From contig NZ_BCZP01000033.1 in NCBI RefSeq assembly GCF_001598795.1, forward strand, positions 15,519 through 47,518: a DNA stretch of 32,000 nt, read 5' to 3'. The position numbers and the translations under genes are program-made. Positions 14,759 through 23,148 of this stretch are shown here, piece by piece. This DNA comes from Delftia acidovorans NBRC 14950 (GTDB taxonomy: Bacteria > Pseudomonadota > Gammaproteobacteria > Burkholderiales > Burkholderiaceae_C). The notes beneath the pieces were generated by a model that was not told the DNA's origin, searched no databases, and saw only the letters and a list, made by a program, of their open reading frames with translations. Within the stretch, counting starts at the first letter, position 1; the number at the start of each line of letters is the position of its first letter.

Positions 14759-17155
14759 CTACAGGCCCAGCACCAGCCTGCCGCTCCTGGCGCGCGAGCA
14801 GCAGCTCATCATCTTGGTGCAGGCCGCGCGCTCGCCGCGCGTGAGCACCATGTCGCGGTGGTCCACCTCGCCTTCGAGCACGGGCACTTCGCAGGACCCG
14901 CACAGCCCTTCCCGGCAGTCGCTTTGCACTTCGATCTTCGCGCTGCGCAGGGCGTCCAGCAGCGTCTGGTCGTTGCGCACCTGCAGCACAAGGCCCGAGG
15001 CGCGCAGTTCCACCTCGAAGCCCTGCTCCCTGGCAGGGTCCAGCGCCCCCACGGTGGAGACGAAATGCTCCACGCGCAGGCTGTCCTCGGGCCAGTGGCG
15101 GCTGGCGGCCTCCAGGCCGTCCAGCAGGCGCGCCGGTCCGCAGGCATGGATGCGGGCTCCGGCGCGCGGCGTGGCCAGCAGGGCGGCGTAGTCGGCGCGC
15201 CGGCCTTCCTCCGCCACGTACAGATGCAGCCTGGCGCCATGCTCGGCCAGCAGCGGCGCCAGCAGCGCCATGCCCGCGCGGCGCCGGCCGCTGTAGTGGA
15301 TCTCATAGGACAGGCCCAATGCCCTGGCGCGCCGTGCCATGGCCGAGATGGGCGTGATGCCGATGCCGCCGGCCACCAGGATCAGGTGGCTGGCGCCTTC
15401 GTCCAGCGGGAAATGGTTGCGCGGGCCCCGCACCTGTACGGTGGCGCCGCGGTGCAGATGCTCGTGCACCCAGGCCGAGCCGCCACGGCCGTTGGCCTCG
15501 CGCAGCACGGCAATCTCGTAGCTGCCGGTGTCCTGCGGGTCGCCGCACAGCGAGTACTGGCGTGACAGGCCCGTGTCGCCGCATTGCAGGTCGATGTGCG
15601 AGCCCGGCGTCCAGCGCGGCAGGGCGTGTCCATCGGCGGCCTTCAGGCGCAGGCGCAGCACGCCTTCGGCGGCGGCCTCGGCCTCGGCCACGACCATGGG
15701 CCGGCTGGCGCCGCCCTGCAGGGCTTCGCCGATGCGCACGGGCTGGCGCGCCTGCAGCAGGGCGGGACGGGCGCGCTCGGGGTTGAGGGCCGGGTCCCAC
15801 TCCACCCACAGGTGCTCGGGGCCCCGGAACGAGGTGTTGGGCACGTAGGTGAACCGCTGCTCGGCCAGCCGCATGTGGGGAAGGCGGCGCGTGAACTCCT
15901 CCAGGAAGATCTGCATCTCCATGCGCGCCAGGTTCTTGCCCATGCACTGGTGCGAGCCATAGCCGAAGGTCAGGTGGTCGCCGGCGTTGTCGCGGTGGAT
16001 GTCGAAGAAGTCGGCATCGGCGAAATGCCGCTCGTCGTGGTTGGCCGACGAGGTCACGATGAGCAGCTTCGAGCCCGCCGGCACGGCCACGCCGCCGATC
16101 ACCACGTCGCGCGTGGCCAGGCGCCGCCAGGCGGCCACCGAGCCGTTGTGGCGCAGGCATTCCTCCACGGCATTGGGGATCAGCGCGGGGTTCTCGCAGA
16201 TCTGCTTCCAGGCGCCGGGATGCTGCAGCAGCAGCTTGACGGCGTTGGCTGTGGCATTGGCCGTGGTCTCGTGCGCGGCCACGATGCCGGCCATCATCAT
16301 GGAGTGCAGGTAGGAGTCGGTGACGACCTCGGGAAGCTCCTTTTGCTTGCGTATGCCGTATTGCATCCAGCCCGGCGCATCGGGGTTCTCGCGCATCTTG
16401 GCCAGCACCTTGCCGGCCAGCTGCCAGAAGTTGCCCACCGCATGGGCCACGGCCACCTGCTGCTCGGGCCGGGGCCGGCCCCAGGTGTTGACGGTGTGGG
16501 CGATGGAGTACTCGCGCAGCCGGTCCATGTCCTCCTCGGGCACGCCGAGAAAGTGCAGGGCTACGGTCAGCGGCACCTCCCACAGCATCTGGTCCACGAG
16601 GTCGGCGCGGCCGTCGTCGATGAAGCGGTCCACATAGGCGCGCGCCAGCTCGCGCACCATGGGCTCGTGGTGGCGCAGCTCCTCGGGCGTGAACGGGTCC
16701 ATCAGCGCGCGGCGGCGCGGCATGTGGGCGGGCTCGTCCTCGTTGACCAGGGTGCGGTTCAGCGCGAAGCCGTAGGAGGCCAGCACGGCATTGGCCTCCT
16801 CGCCCGTGGGCGTGATCTTCTCCAGCGCGATCGAGGGACTGAAGGCGATGTTGTCGCGGAACACCGCCTTGATGTCGTCGAAGCGCGTGACCACCCAGTA
16901 GCCCAGTTGCGGGCTGTAGAACACCGGCTCCTGCTCGCGCGCCCAGCGCACATATTCGGGCGGGTCCTGCTGGTAGCCGTCGCTGAACGGGTCGAAGGCC
17001 GCGGCACCCGCGCTGACGGGGCAGCCCGTGGGGCCGGTCTGGCCGCTGGGCTGGCGGTGGTCGAAGGGGCAGCGCGCGGAGGCGGGCGCAGAGCCGGACG
17101 CAAAAGCGGACGCAAAGGCGGACGGGGCGGTGTCGGGGGCGGCGGAGGCAGTCAT
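14759..17155 (-). CDS. Self-sufficient cytochrome P450 fused to a phthalate-dioxygenase-reductase-like FMN/NADH reductase and a 2Fe-2S ferredoxin (class VII, CYP116B/P450-RhF-like)
   Basis: P450 motifs are AGIVAAHETT (I-helix), EECLR (ExxR) and FGYGSHQCMGKNLA (Cys ligand). Reductase motifs are RQYSL (FMN) and VAGGIGITP (NAD). The ferredoxin motif is CREGLCGSCE...CC. Total length is 798 aa. Confidence 0.92.
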   Translation of the reverse strand: MTASAAPDTAPSAFASAFASGSAPASARCPFDHRQPSGQTGPTGCPVSAGAAAFDPFSDGYQQDPPEYVRWAREQEPVFYSPQLGYWVVTRFDDIKAVFRDNIAFSPSIALEKITPTGEEANAVLASYGFALNRTLVNEDEPAHMPRRRALMDPFTPEELRHHEPMVRELARAYVDRFIDDGRADLVDQMLWEVPLTVALHFLGVPEEDMDRLREYSIAHTVNTWGRPRPEQQVAVAHAVGNFWQLAGKVLAKMRENPDAPGWMQYGIRKQKELPEVVTDSYLHSMMMAGIVAAHETTANATANAVKLLLQHPGAWKQICENPALIPNAVEECLRHNGSVAAWRRLATRDVVIGGVAVPAGSKLLIVTSSANHDERHFADADFFDIHRDNAGDHLTFGYGSHQCMGKNLARMEMQIFLEEFTRRLPHMRLAEQRFTYVPNTSFRGPEHLWVEWDPALNPERARPALLQARQPVRIGEALQGGASRPMVVAEAEAAAEGVLRLRLKAADGHALPRWTPGSHIDLQCGDTGLSRQYSLCGDPQDTGSYEIAVLREANGRGGSAWVHEHLHRGATVQVRGPRNHFPLDEGASHLILVAGGIGITPISAMARRARALGLSYEIHYSGRRRAGMALLAPLLAEHGARLHLYVAEEGRRADYAALLATPRAGARIHACGPARLLDGLEAASRHWPEDSLRVEHFVSTVGALDPAREQGFEVELRASGLVLQVRNDQTLLDALRSAKIEVQSDCREGLCGSCEVPVLEGEVDHRDMVLTRGERAACTKMMSCCSRARSGRLVLGL
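17096..17131 (-). repeat. Imperfect 12-bp tandem repeat in the P450 5' end
   Basis: The plus strand reads ggacgcaaaagc, ggacgcaaaggc, ggacggggcggt. It encodes the low-complexity N-terminal SAFASAFAS. Confidence 0.7.
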
Positions 17156-17185
17156 GGCAGGTTCGCAGGCAGGAGGCGCGGAGGG

Positions 17186-18166
17186 TCAATCCAAAGTGAT
17201 GTTCTGGTCGCGGATCAGCTGGTGCCAGCGCGTGCTTTCGCTGGCCAGCAGCGCGGCGAACTGCTCGGGCGTGTTGCCCACGGGCTCCACGCCGAAATCC
17301 ACGAGCTTCTGGCGCACGGCGGGCTCGTTGATCGCGGCCACGACCTGCCTGTGCAGGGCCGCGATGACCGGGGCCGGGGTCCTGGCGGGCGCCACCAGTC
17401 CCACCAGGGCGGCGGCCTGCACCTTGGGCAGGCCCAGCTCGGCGAAGGTGGGCACGTCGGGCAACTGGGGCAGGCGCGTGGCGTTGGCCACGGCCAGCGG
17501 GCGGACCTTGCCGCCCTTGATGAAGCCTGCGCCCGCGGCCAGGTCCACCATCATCACGGGCACCTGGCCGCCAGCCACGTCGCCCAGGGCCGGCGCCGCG
17601 CCCTTGTAGGGCGCGTGCACCAGCTTCAGGCCGGCCTCCACCCTGAGCAGTTCCATGGCCAGGTGGTGCGGGCTGCCGGCACCGGCCGAGGCGTAGTTCA
17701 CGCCGTCCTTGCTGGTGCGCGCCTGGGCCAGGAAGTCTTTGGCCGTGGCCGCTGCCATGCCGGGGCCGGCCACCAGGATCATCGGGAAGCGGCCCATCAG
17801 CGTGACCGGCGCGAGGTCCCTGGCGGGGTTGTAGCTGAGGCTCTTGTAGAGCACGGGATTGAAGACCAGTGTGCCGTTGTCGGCCGACAGCACGGTGTAG
17901 CCATCGGCGGCGGCGCGCGCGGTTTCCGAGGCACCTATGGCCGTGTTGCCGCCCGGGCGGTTGTCCACCACGATGGGCTGGTGCACCTGGCCGCCCCAGG
18001 CCTGGCCTATGGTGCGGGCCAGGAAGTCCGAGCCGCCGCCGGCCGCGTAGGGAACGATCCAGCGCACGTTCCTGCTGGGGAATCCGTCCTGGGCCAGCGC
18101 GCCGGGCAGGGCGGTGGCCGATAGCAGGCCTGCGGCCAGTGTGGTGAGGAAAAGGCGCTTGTGCAT
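17186..18166 (-). CDS. Bug-family (TctC-like) tripartite tricarboxylate transporter substrate-binding protein
   Basis: Start MHKRLFLTTL at 18166, with GGAGA 8 nt upstream. Signal peptide present. Typical Bug segments are VPYAAGGGSDFLAR, VVDNRPGGN and YASAGAGSPHHL. Confidence 0.9.
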   Translation of the reverse strand: MHKRLFLTTLAAGLLSATALPGALAQDGFPSRNVRWIVPYAAGGGSDFLARTIGQAWGGQVHQPIVVDNRPGGNTAIGASETARAAADGYTVLSADNGTLVFNPVLYKSLSYNPARDLAPVTLMGRFPMILVAGPGMAAATAKDFLAQARTSKDGVNYASAGAGSPHHLAMELLRVEAGLKLVHAPYKGAAPALGDVAGGQVPVMMVDLAAGAGFIKGGKVRPLAVANATRLPQLPDVPTFAELGLPKVQAAALVGLVAPARTPAPVIAALHRQVVAAINEPAVRQKLVDFGVEPVGNTPEQFAALLASESTRWHQLIRDQNITLD

Positions 18167-18214
18167 GGGGCTTGTCTCCGGTGAGGCCTGGGTGGAATCC
18201 ATGGAATCTTGTTT

Positions 18215-18240
18215 TGCGTAATTTTTCTACGCATTGCGTA
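18215..18240. promoter_or_regulatory. Operator-like triple half-site TGCGTA-N7-TACGCA-N1-TGCGTA
   Basis: Located in the AT-rich centre of the divergent iclR and bug-P450 intergenic region. TGCGTA is at 18215-18220, TACGCA at 18228-18233 and TGCGTA at 18235-18240. Confidence 0.5.
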
Positions 18241-18326
18241 AAAACACCGCCCGGGATTACCCGCAAGCTGCGGCACAATGCCCCGCCAGCCCTTAAAACA
18301 GGCCTTTCCAGACCCGTCCTGCCGCC

Positions 18327-19172
18327 ATGACTTCCACTGTTGCCTCCGAGATTGACGAGCCCGCGCCGCCGCGCGAAAGGCGCCAGCGCGTGCAGGCCGC
18401 CGAGACCTGCCTGGCCGTGCTCAAGGCCCTGGCCACGCTGGGCGGACGCGCCAGCCTCACGGCCATCGCGGGCGCGGTGGAGGAAAGCCCGGCCAAGGTC
18501 CACCGCTACCTGGCCAGCCTGATGGCCGAGGGGCTGGTGGAGCAGGACCGTGGCGGCACGCAGTACGCGCTGGCGGCCGAGGCCATGCGCGTGGGCCTGG
18601 CCGCCATGCGGCAGTCCGACCCCATCCGCCTGGCCGAGCCTGCCCTGCTGCACCTGCGCGAGGCCTTGCAGGTCACCAGCTTCGTGGCCGTGATGGGCAA
18701 CCTGGGGCCGACCATCGTGCGCTTCGAGGAGCCGGGCCTGCCGGTCACCGTCAATGTGCGCGTGGGCTCGGTGATGTCGCTGCTGTGGTCGGCCACGGGG
18801 CGCGCCTTCTTCGCCTTCATGGACGACGATGCCCGCGTGGATGCGCTGCTGGCCCGGGAGCTGGCCGAGGCGCCGGCCGCGCGGCGCGCGCTGCTCGATG
18901 GCGCGGACCCGCTGGGCACGCTGCGCCGCGAGATCCGCGCTGCGGGCTGCGCCTCGGTGCGCGACGTCAACCTGCCGGGCATCAGCGCCGTGGCGGCGCC
19001 GCTGCACGACTACACAGGCCATGTGGTGGGCGTGCTGTGCGCGCTGGGCGCCAGCGGCGGCTTCGACCCGGACCCGCAGGGCGCGGTGGCCCGGGCCCTG
19101 CGCGCCGAAGCGGCGCGCGTCAGCGCCTCGCTGGGCCATCTGCCCGGTGAGGCCCGGCTGAAGCCCGGCTGA
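18327..19172 (+). CDS. IclR-family transcriptional regulator
   Basis: N-terminal wHTH (CLAVLKALATLGGRASLTAIAGAVEESPAKVHRYLASLMAEGLV) plus a C-terminal IclR effector domain (PGISAVAAPLHD). Confidence 0.88.
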   Translation: MTSTVASEIDEPAPPRERRQRVQAAETCLAVLKALATLGGRASLTAIAGAVEESPAKVHRYLASLMAEGLVEQDRGGTQYALAAEAMRVGLAAMRQSDPIRLAEPALLHLREALQVTSFVAVMGNLGPTIVRFEEPGLPVTVNVRVGSVMSLLWSATGRAFFAFMDDDARVDALLARELAEAPAARRALLDGADPLGTLRREIRAAGCASVRDVNLPGISAVAAPLHDYTGHVVGVLCALGASGGFDPDPQGAVARALRAEAARVSASLGHLPGEARLKPG

Positions 19173-19184
19173 GGTCCGGCTGAG
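19142..19184 (+). repeat. About four tandem copies of an 11-bp unit (GYCCGGCTGAR) across the iclR stop codon
   Basis: gcccggtgag, gcccggctgaa, gcccggctgag, gtccggctgag. Because the unit is 11 bp, the embedded TGA falls in all three frames. Confidence 0.8.
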
Positions 19185-19202
19185 GCCTGCAGCCCGCTGC
19201 CG

Positions 19203-20027
19203 CTACGGCGTCACCAGCGTGTAGGCCATGCGCACGCGCTGCATGTCGCGGCCCAGGCGGCGGCTTTCGGGCAGGCGGCGCACCCAGGCCAGCTGTTTCA
19301 CGGTGCGCGCCATCAGGGCGCGGGTCTCGGGCTCCATGGACTGCACGAAGTCCCGCCAGGCCGTGCGCGCGGCCGGCATGGCGCCGGCCTGCTCCAGTAT
19401 CCAGGCCGTGGAGTGGGCGTAGCACAGGGCATCGCGCACGCGGCACAGCGCCAGGGGCAGGTGGGCGGCAGGGTCGTCCTCGAAGTCGATGAAGCCGATC
19501 ACGCCATCGGCACAGCAGACCATGTTGCGCGCAAAGGCCTGGCTCAGGCAGTCGCCGCTGCCATGCACCTGCTGCAGGGTCTGCAGGCCCTGCAGCCACA
19601 GCGCCAGCGTGCTGCCATCCCCGCGGGGCAGGGCGGCTTCCATGGCATTGCCCAGAGAGGGCGCTTCCACGCCGGGGCTGCCCAGGTGGCGCATGGCAAA
19701 GCCGTCCTCGCACTCGGCCAGCACGGCAGGCACGCGCAGGCCGCGTTGCGCGAGCTGGCGCAGGCGGCGTACCTCGGTGCGGATGGCTTCGTGGCCGCCG
19801 GGATTGGGCACGGGCCGCAGCACGGGCAGGCGCAGGCACAAGGCGAGCAGGGCCAGCGCGCGATAGCGCCATGCCGGGTTGCTGGCGCCCGCGCGCTTGA
19901 CCCAGATGGTTTCGTCTTCCCGGTCATAGCGCTGGATGCTGAGAGGCTGGCTCAGCACATGGGCGCGCAAAAAGGCGTCGTAGTCTGGCGGCTCGGGAGG
20001 CGGGACGGCGGAGGACGGTTCGGACAC
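19203..20027 (-). CDS. Protein-kinase-fold protein (Kdo/LPS-kinase or RIO-like); start uncertain
   Basis: IWVKRAG (beta3 Lys-like), then HGSGDCLSQAFARNMV and IGFIDFEDD, which resemble a catalytic loop and DFG equivalent. The longest ORF runs to 20219 but has no SD and would cover the whole promoter region of the divergent iclR gene. The GTG at 20027 is one alternative and also lacks an SD. Confidence 0.45.
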   Translation of the reverse strand: MSEPSSAVPPPEPPDYDAFLRAHVLSQPLSIQRYDREDETIWVKRAGASNPAWRYRALALLALCLRLPVLRPVPNPGGHEAIRTEVRRLRQLAQRGLRVPAVLAECEDGFAMRHLGSPGVEAPSLGNAMEAALPRGDGSTLALWLQGLQTLQQVHGSGDCLSQAFARNMVCCADGVIGFIDFEDDPAAHLPLALCRVRDALCYAHSTAWILEQAGAMPAARTAWRDFVQSMEPETRALMARTVKQLAWVRRLPESRRLGRDMQRVRMAYTLVTP

Positions 20028-20180
20028 GGCAGGCTCTGGAAAGTGAGTGGCTGGCGCGCAACGCCAGCCGGATGCGGCAATTGTGCCGTGCCAGGACTTG
20101 CCGCTTGCGCCGGCCGGCAGGGGCGCCAGGGTTTGCACTGCGGCAAGGCTGGTGGATTTGCCGCCCGGCAGCCGGAAAAT

Positions 20181-20197
20181 TGAGACAATCGTTTCAT
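20181..20197 (+). promoter_or_regulatory. TGAGAC-N6-TTCAT motif upstream of the second iclR gene
   Basis: This is the same 17-bp pattern that occurs three times in the 25139-25300 divergent promoter region. It ends 24 nt before the ATG at 20222. Confidence 0.45.
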
Positions 20198-20221
20198 CTT
20201 TAGCAGTGCCGAAAACCATTC

Positions 20222-21004
20222 ATGAACACAGAAGACAGTGGCAAGCTGGTGGCCGCCCTGGTGCGCGGCATCTCCGTGCTCCAGTGCTTTTCCAATAAGC
20301 ACCAGGAACTCAGCGCCCGTGAACTGATGGACATGACGGGCCTGCCCAAGCCCACGCTGTTCCGCCTGATCGACACCCTGTGCGAACTGAACCTGATGCG
20401 CTACTCCGAGCGCCTGTCCAAGTACGTGCCGGGCGTGGGGCTGCTGAACCTGTCCTCGCCCGTGCTGGCGCGCATGCACATGCGCCAGTTCGCGCGGCCG
20501 CACATGCAGGAGCTGGCCAACCATCTGGAAGGCCAGATCCAGCTGGCCGTGGGCCACGGCCGCCAGCTGTGCCTGGTGGAGCTGGCCAACGGCCTGACCA
20601 ACAAGGTCTTCCTGCCCGAGATCGGGGTGCACATCTCGCTGTCGCGCACCGCCACGGGCCGCGCCTACCTGCTGAGCCTTCCCGAGGCCGAGCGCGAGGC
20701 CTTCATCGCGGAACTGCAGGCCGACGATCCCGCACGCGCCCAGCAACTGCGCGAGCGGCTCGACGATGCGCGGCGCGACCTGGCCGAGCACGGCTTTTGC
20801 CGCAGCCACGGCGACCTGCACCGTGAGATCCAGTCCATTGCCGTGCCCATGTCCACGGCCAAGGACGGCGAGTACTGGGTGTTCTCGGTCTCCCTGCCCA
20901 TCTACAGCCCGCAAAGCCGCGCGCTGGAAAGCGATGCCGGGCCGCGCCTGATCACGCTGGTGCGCCTGGTCGAGGGCATGCTGGGCGCCTCCAGCCTCTC
21001 GTGA
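20222..21004 (+). CDS. IclR-family transcriptional regulator
   Basis: wHTH LVRGISVLQCFSNKHQELSARELMDMTGLPKPTLFRLIDTL plus an IclR C-terminal domain (IQSIAVPM). Confidence 0.88.
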   Translation: MNTEDSGKLVAALVRGISVLQCFSNKHQELSARELMDMTGLPKPTLFRLIDTLCELNLMRYSERLSKYVPGVGLLNLSSPVLARMHMRQFARPHMQELANHLEGQIQLAVGHGRQLCLVELANGLTNKVFLPEIGVHISLSRTATGRAYLLSLPEAEREAFIAELQADDPARAQQLRERLDDARRDLAEHGFCRSHGDLHREIQSIAVPMSTAKDGEYWVFSVSLPIYSPQSRALESDAGPRLITLVRLVEGMLGASSLS

Positions 21005-21005
21005 A

Positions 21006-22124
21006 TCAGCGGGCGCTGCGCCAGACTTCCTGCGCGCGGCCTGCGCCCACCTTCTCCAGCACGCTGGCGGTGTCGGAGCCTGCGGCATTCGCAGGACCCG
21101 GCGCATAGGCCTGGCCGTCAAAGCGCGGCGCGGGACTGGCCTGCAGGGCGCCGCCTTCGGGCTGCAGATAGACGCCACGCGCCTGAAGGTGCGGGTGGCT
21201 GGCGGCTTCCACAGGGCTGAGCACGGCGCCGAAGCAGGCATCGCTGCCTTCCAGCAATTGCTGCCAGTGCGCGCGGGGCCGGGAGGCGAACAGCGTCTGC
21301 AGCTGCGCGCGCCGCGCGGGCCAGGCGGCGCGGTCCCACTGCGGGCCCTGGAACGCTGCGGCACCGGCCAGGCCCAGCCTGTCCAGCAGCAGGGCGTGGA
21401 ACTGCGGCTCGATGGCGCCCACGGTGATGAAGCCGCCATCGGCACAGGCATAGGTTTCGTAGAACGGCGCACTGTCGTGGATGCTGTGGCCGCGCTCGTC
21501 GGCCACCAGCCCGCGCTGGCGCGCGTGCAGCATGAGGTTGAGCATGTGCGCCGCACCATCGACGATGGCTGCATCCACCACGGTGCCGCATCCCGTGGCG
21601 CGTGCCTGCACGATGCCGGCCAGCAGCCCCGTCATCAGGTACATGGCGCCGCCGCCGATGTCGCCCAGCGTGGCAAACGGCGAGACCGGCCGGGCATCGG
21701 CCGGCGCGCATCCCCACAGCGCGCCCGAGACGGCCGCATAGTTGTTGTCGTGGCCGGCAGCCTGGGCCAGCGGGCCGTCCTGGCCCCAGCCCGTCATGCG
21801 GCCATAGACCAGGCGCGGGTTGAGGGCCTGGCAGGCCTCGGGTCCCAGGCCCAGGCGCTCCATGGTGCCGGGCCGCATGCCTTCGATCAGCGCATCGGCA
21901 TCGCGCACCAGGGCGAGCACCAGGTCACGCCCTTCGGGTGACTTGAGATCGGCGAACACCGAGCGCTTGCCGCGCGACAGCGCGGAGGCGCCCGCAGCAG
22001 GTCCGGCCTCGGGCCGCACGATGGACACCACATCGGCCCCCAGGTCCGCCAGATGCATGGCGCAGAACGGCCCCGGGCCGATGCCGCCAATCTCCAGCAC
22101 GCGCACGCTGTCCAGCACCTTCAT
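21006..22124 (-). CDS. Family III CoA-transferase (CaiB/BaiF) / alpha-methylacyl-CoA racemase-like
   Basis: N-terminal VRVLEIGGIGPGPFCAMHLADLGADVV, then EGMRPGTMERLGLGP and YGRMTGWGQDGP. Confidence 0.85.
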   Translation of the reverse strand: MKVLDSVRVLEIGGIGPGPFCAMHLADLGADVVSIVRPEAGPAAGASALSRGKRSVFADLKSPEGRDLVLALVRDADALIEGMRPGTMERLGLGPEACQALNPRLVYGRMTGWGQDGPLAQAAGHDNNYAAVSGALWGCAPADARPVSPFATLGDIGGGAMYLMTGLLAGIVQARATGCGTVVDAAIVDGAAHMLNLMLHARQRGLVADERGHSIHDSAPFYETYACADGGFITVGAIEPQFHALLLDRLGLAGAAAFQGPQWDRAAWPARRAQLQTLFASRPRAHWQQLLEGSDACFGAVLSPVEAASHPHLQARGVYLQPEGGALQASPAPRFDGQAYAPGPANAAGSDTASVLEKVGAGRAQEVWRSAR

Positions 22125-22145
22125 GGCGTCTCCGTCGAAATCGGT

Positions 22146-23108
22146 TCAGTCGAGTTGCAGCTGGCGGCTGGTGATCAGCGCGCCCCAGCTCTTGCGGTCG
22201 TTGTCCACCAGCTGGGTGAACTGCGCCTGCGGCATGCCGCCGGGGCGGCCGCCGAGCTCGCGGTAGCGGCGCGCCACCTCGGGGTCTCGGAGCACGGCGA
22301 CAAGGCCGTCGGTGAGCTTGCGCACCACGGCGGGCGGTGTCTGCGCGGGCAGGAAGAAACCCATCCAGCCGACCTTGTCGAAGTCCTGCAGGCCCAGCTC
22401 GGTGGTGGTGGGGACGTTGGGCAGCTCGGGCTCGCGCTGCGCGCCCGTCACGGCGATGGGATGCAGCTTGCCCGCCTTGATATGCACCAGCGAGGCCGTG
22501 AGGTTGTCGAACATGAACTGCGTCTCTCCCGACACGATGGCCGCCGTCGCCGGTGCCGAGCCGCGGTAGGGCACATGCACCACGTCCACGCCCGTGCGCT
22601 CGCGCAGCAGCTCGCCCATGAGGTGCGTGGTCTGGCCCACGCCGGCCGAAGAGAACGACAGCTTGCCCGGCGCCTGCCGCGCGGCCTTGAGCAGATCGTC
22701 CAGCGAGCGCACCGGCGATGCCTGCGGCACGACCAGCACGTTGGAAAACGAGATCATGTCCGTCAGCGCCACGAAGTCCTCGGGCCTGTAGGGCAGCTTC
22801 TTGTAGGCCGTGTAGTTGATGGCGTTGGAGCCCGTGTTGCCCACCAGCACCGTATAGCCGTCCGGCTGCGCGCGTGCCACCTGGCTGGCACCGATGGAGC
22901 CGCCCGCGCCGGGCCTGTTGTCCACGATGACGGGCTGCCCCAGCCGCTCGCCCAGCTTGAGCGCCAGCAGCCGCGCGGGAATGTCGGTGGAGCCCCCGGC
23001 CGCGCCCGGCACGACCAGGGTGATGGGCCGCGTGGGCCAGGCGTCGGCTGCAATGGCGGCCGTGGCGCACAGCCAGGCGGTAGCCGCCAGCGTGAGGCGT
23101 TTGAACAT
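22146..23108 (-). CDS. Bug-family (TctC-like) substrate-binding protein
   Basis: Signal peptide present. Segments VVPGAAGGSTDIPAR, VDNRPGAGGSIG and SSAGVGQTTHL. Confidence 0.9.
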   Translation of the reverse strand: MFKRLTLAATAWLCATAAIAADAWPTRPITLVVPGAAGGSTDIPARLLALKLGERLGQPVIVDNRPGAGGSIGASQVARAQPDGYTVLVGNTGSNAINYTAYKKLPYRPEDFVALTDMISFSNVLVVPQASPVRSLDDLLKAARQAPGKLSFSSAGVGQTTHLMGELLRERTGVDVVHVPYRGSAPATAAIVSGETQFMFDNLTASLVHIKAGKLHPIAVTGAQREPELPNVPTTTELGLQDFDKVGWMGFFLPAQTPPAVVRKLTDGLVAVLRDPEVARRYRELGGRPGGMPQAQFTQLVDNDRKSWGALITSRQLQLD

Positions 23109-23148
23109 GGTGTTTCTTCTCCGCGCGTGTGCTGGGCCAGGGCGCTTC

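Noticed and set aside
14746-14765. 8-bp palindrome CCTGTAGC-cctg-GCTACAGG at the P450 stop codon, as a possible terminator.
   Set aside because: It overlaps the stop codon itself and has no U-tract in the minus-strand direction. The evidence is insufficient to call a terminator.
14500-14844. 114-aa plus-strand ORF spanning the low-GC gap and the 3' end of the P450 gene.
   Set aside because: It has no SD, its composition is Pro, Arg, Ala and Ser-rich, and it overlaps the well-supported P450 fusion gene antisense. The 25-codon ORF with a strong SD is in a different frame and is the better candidate.
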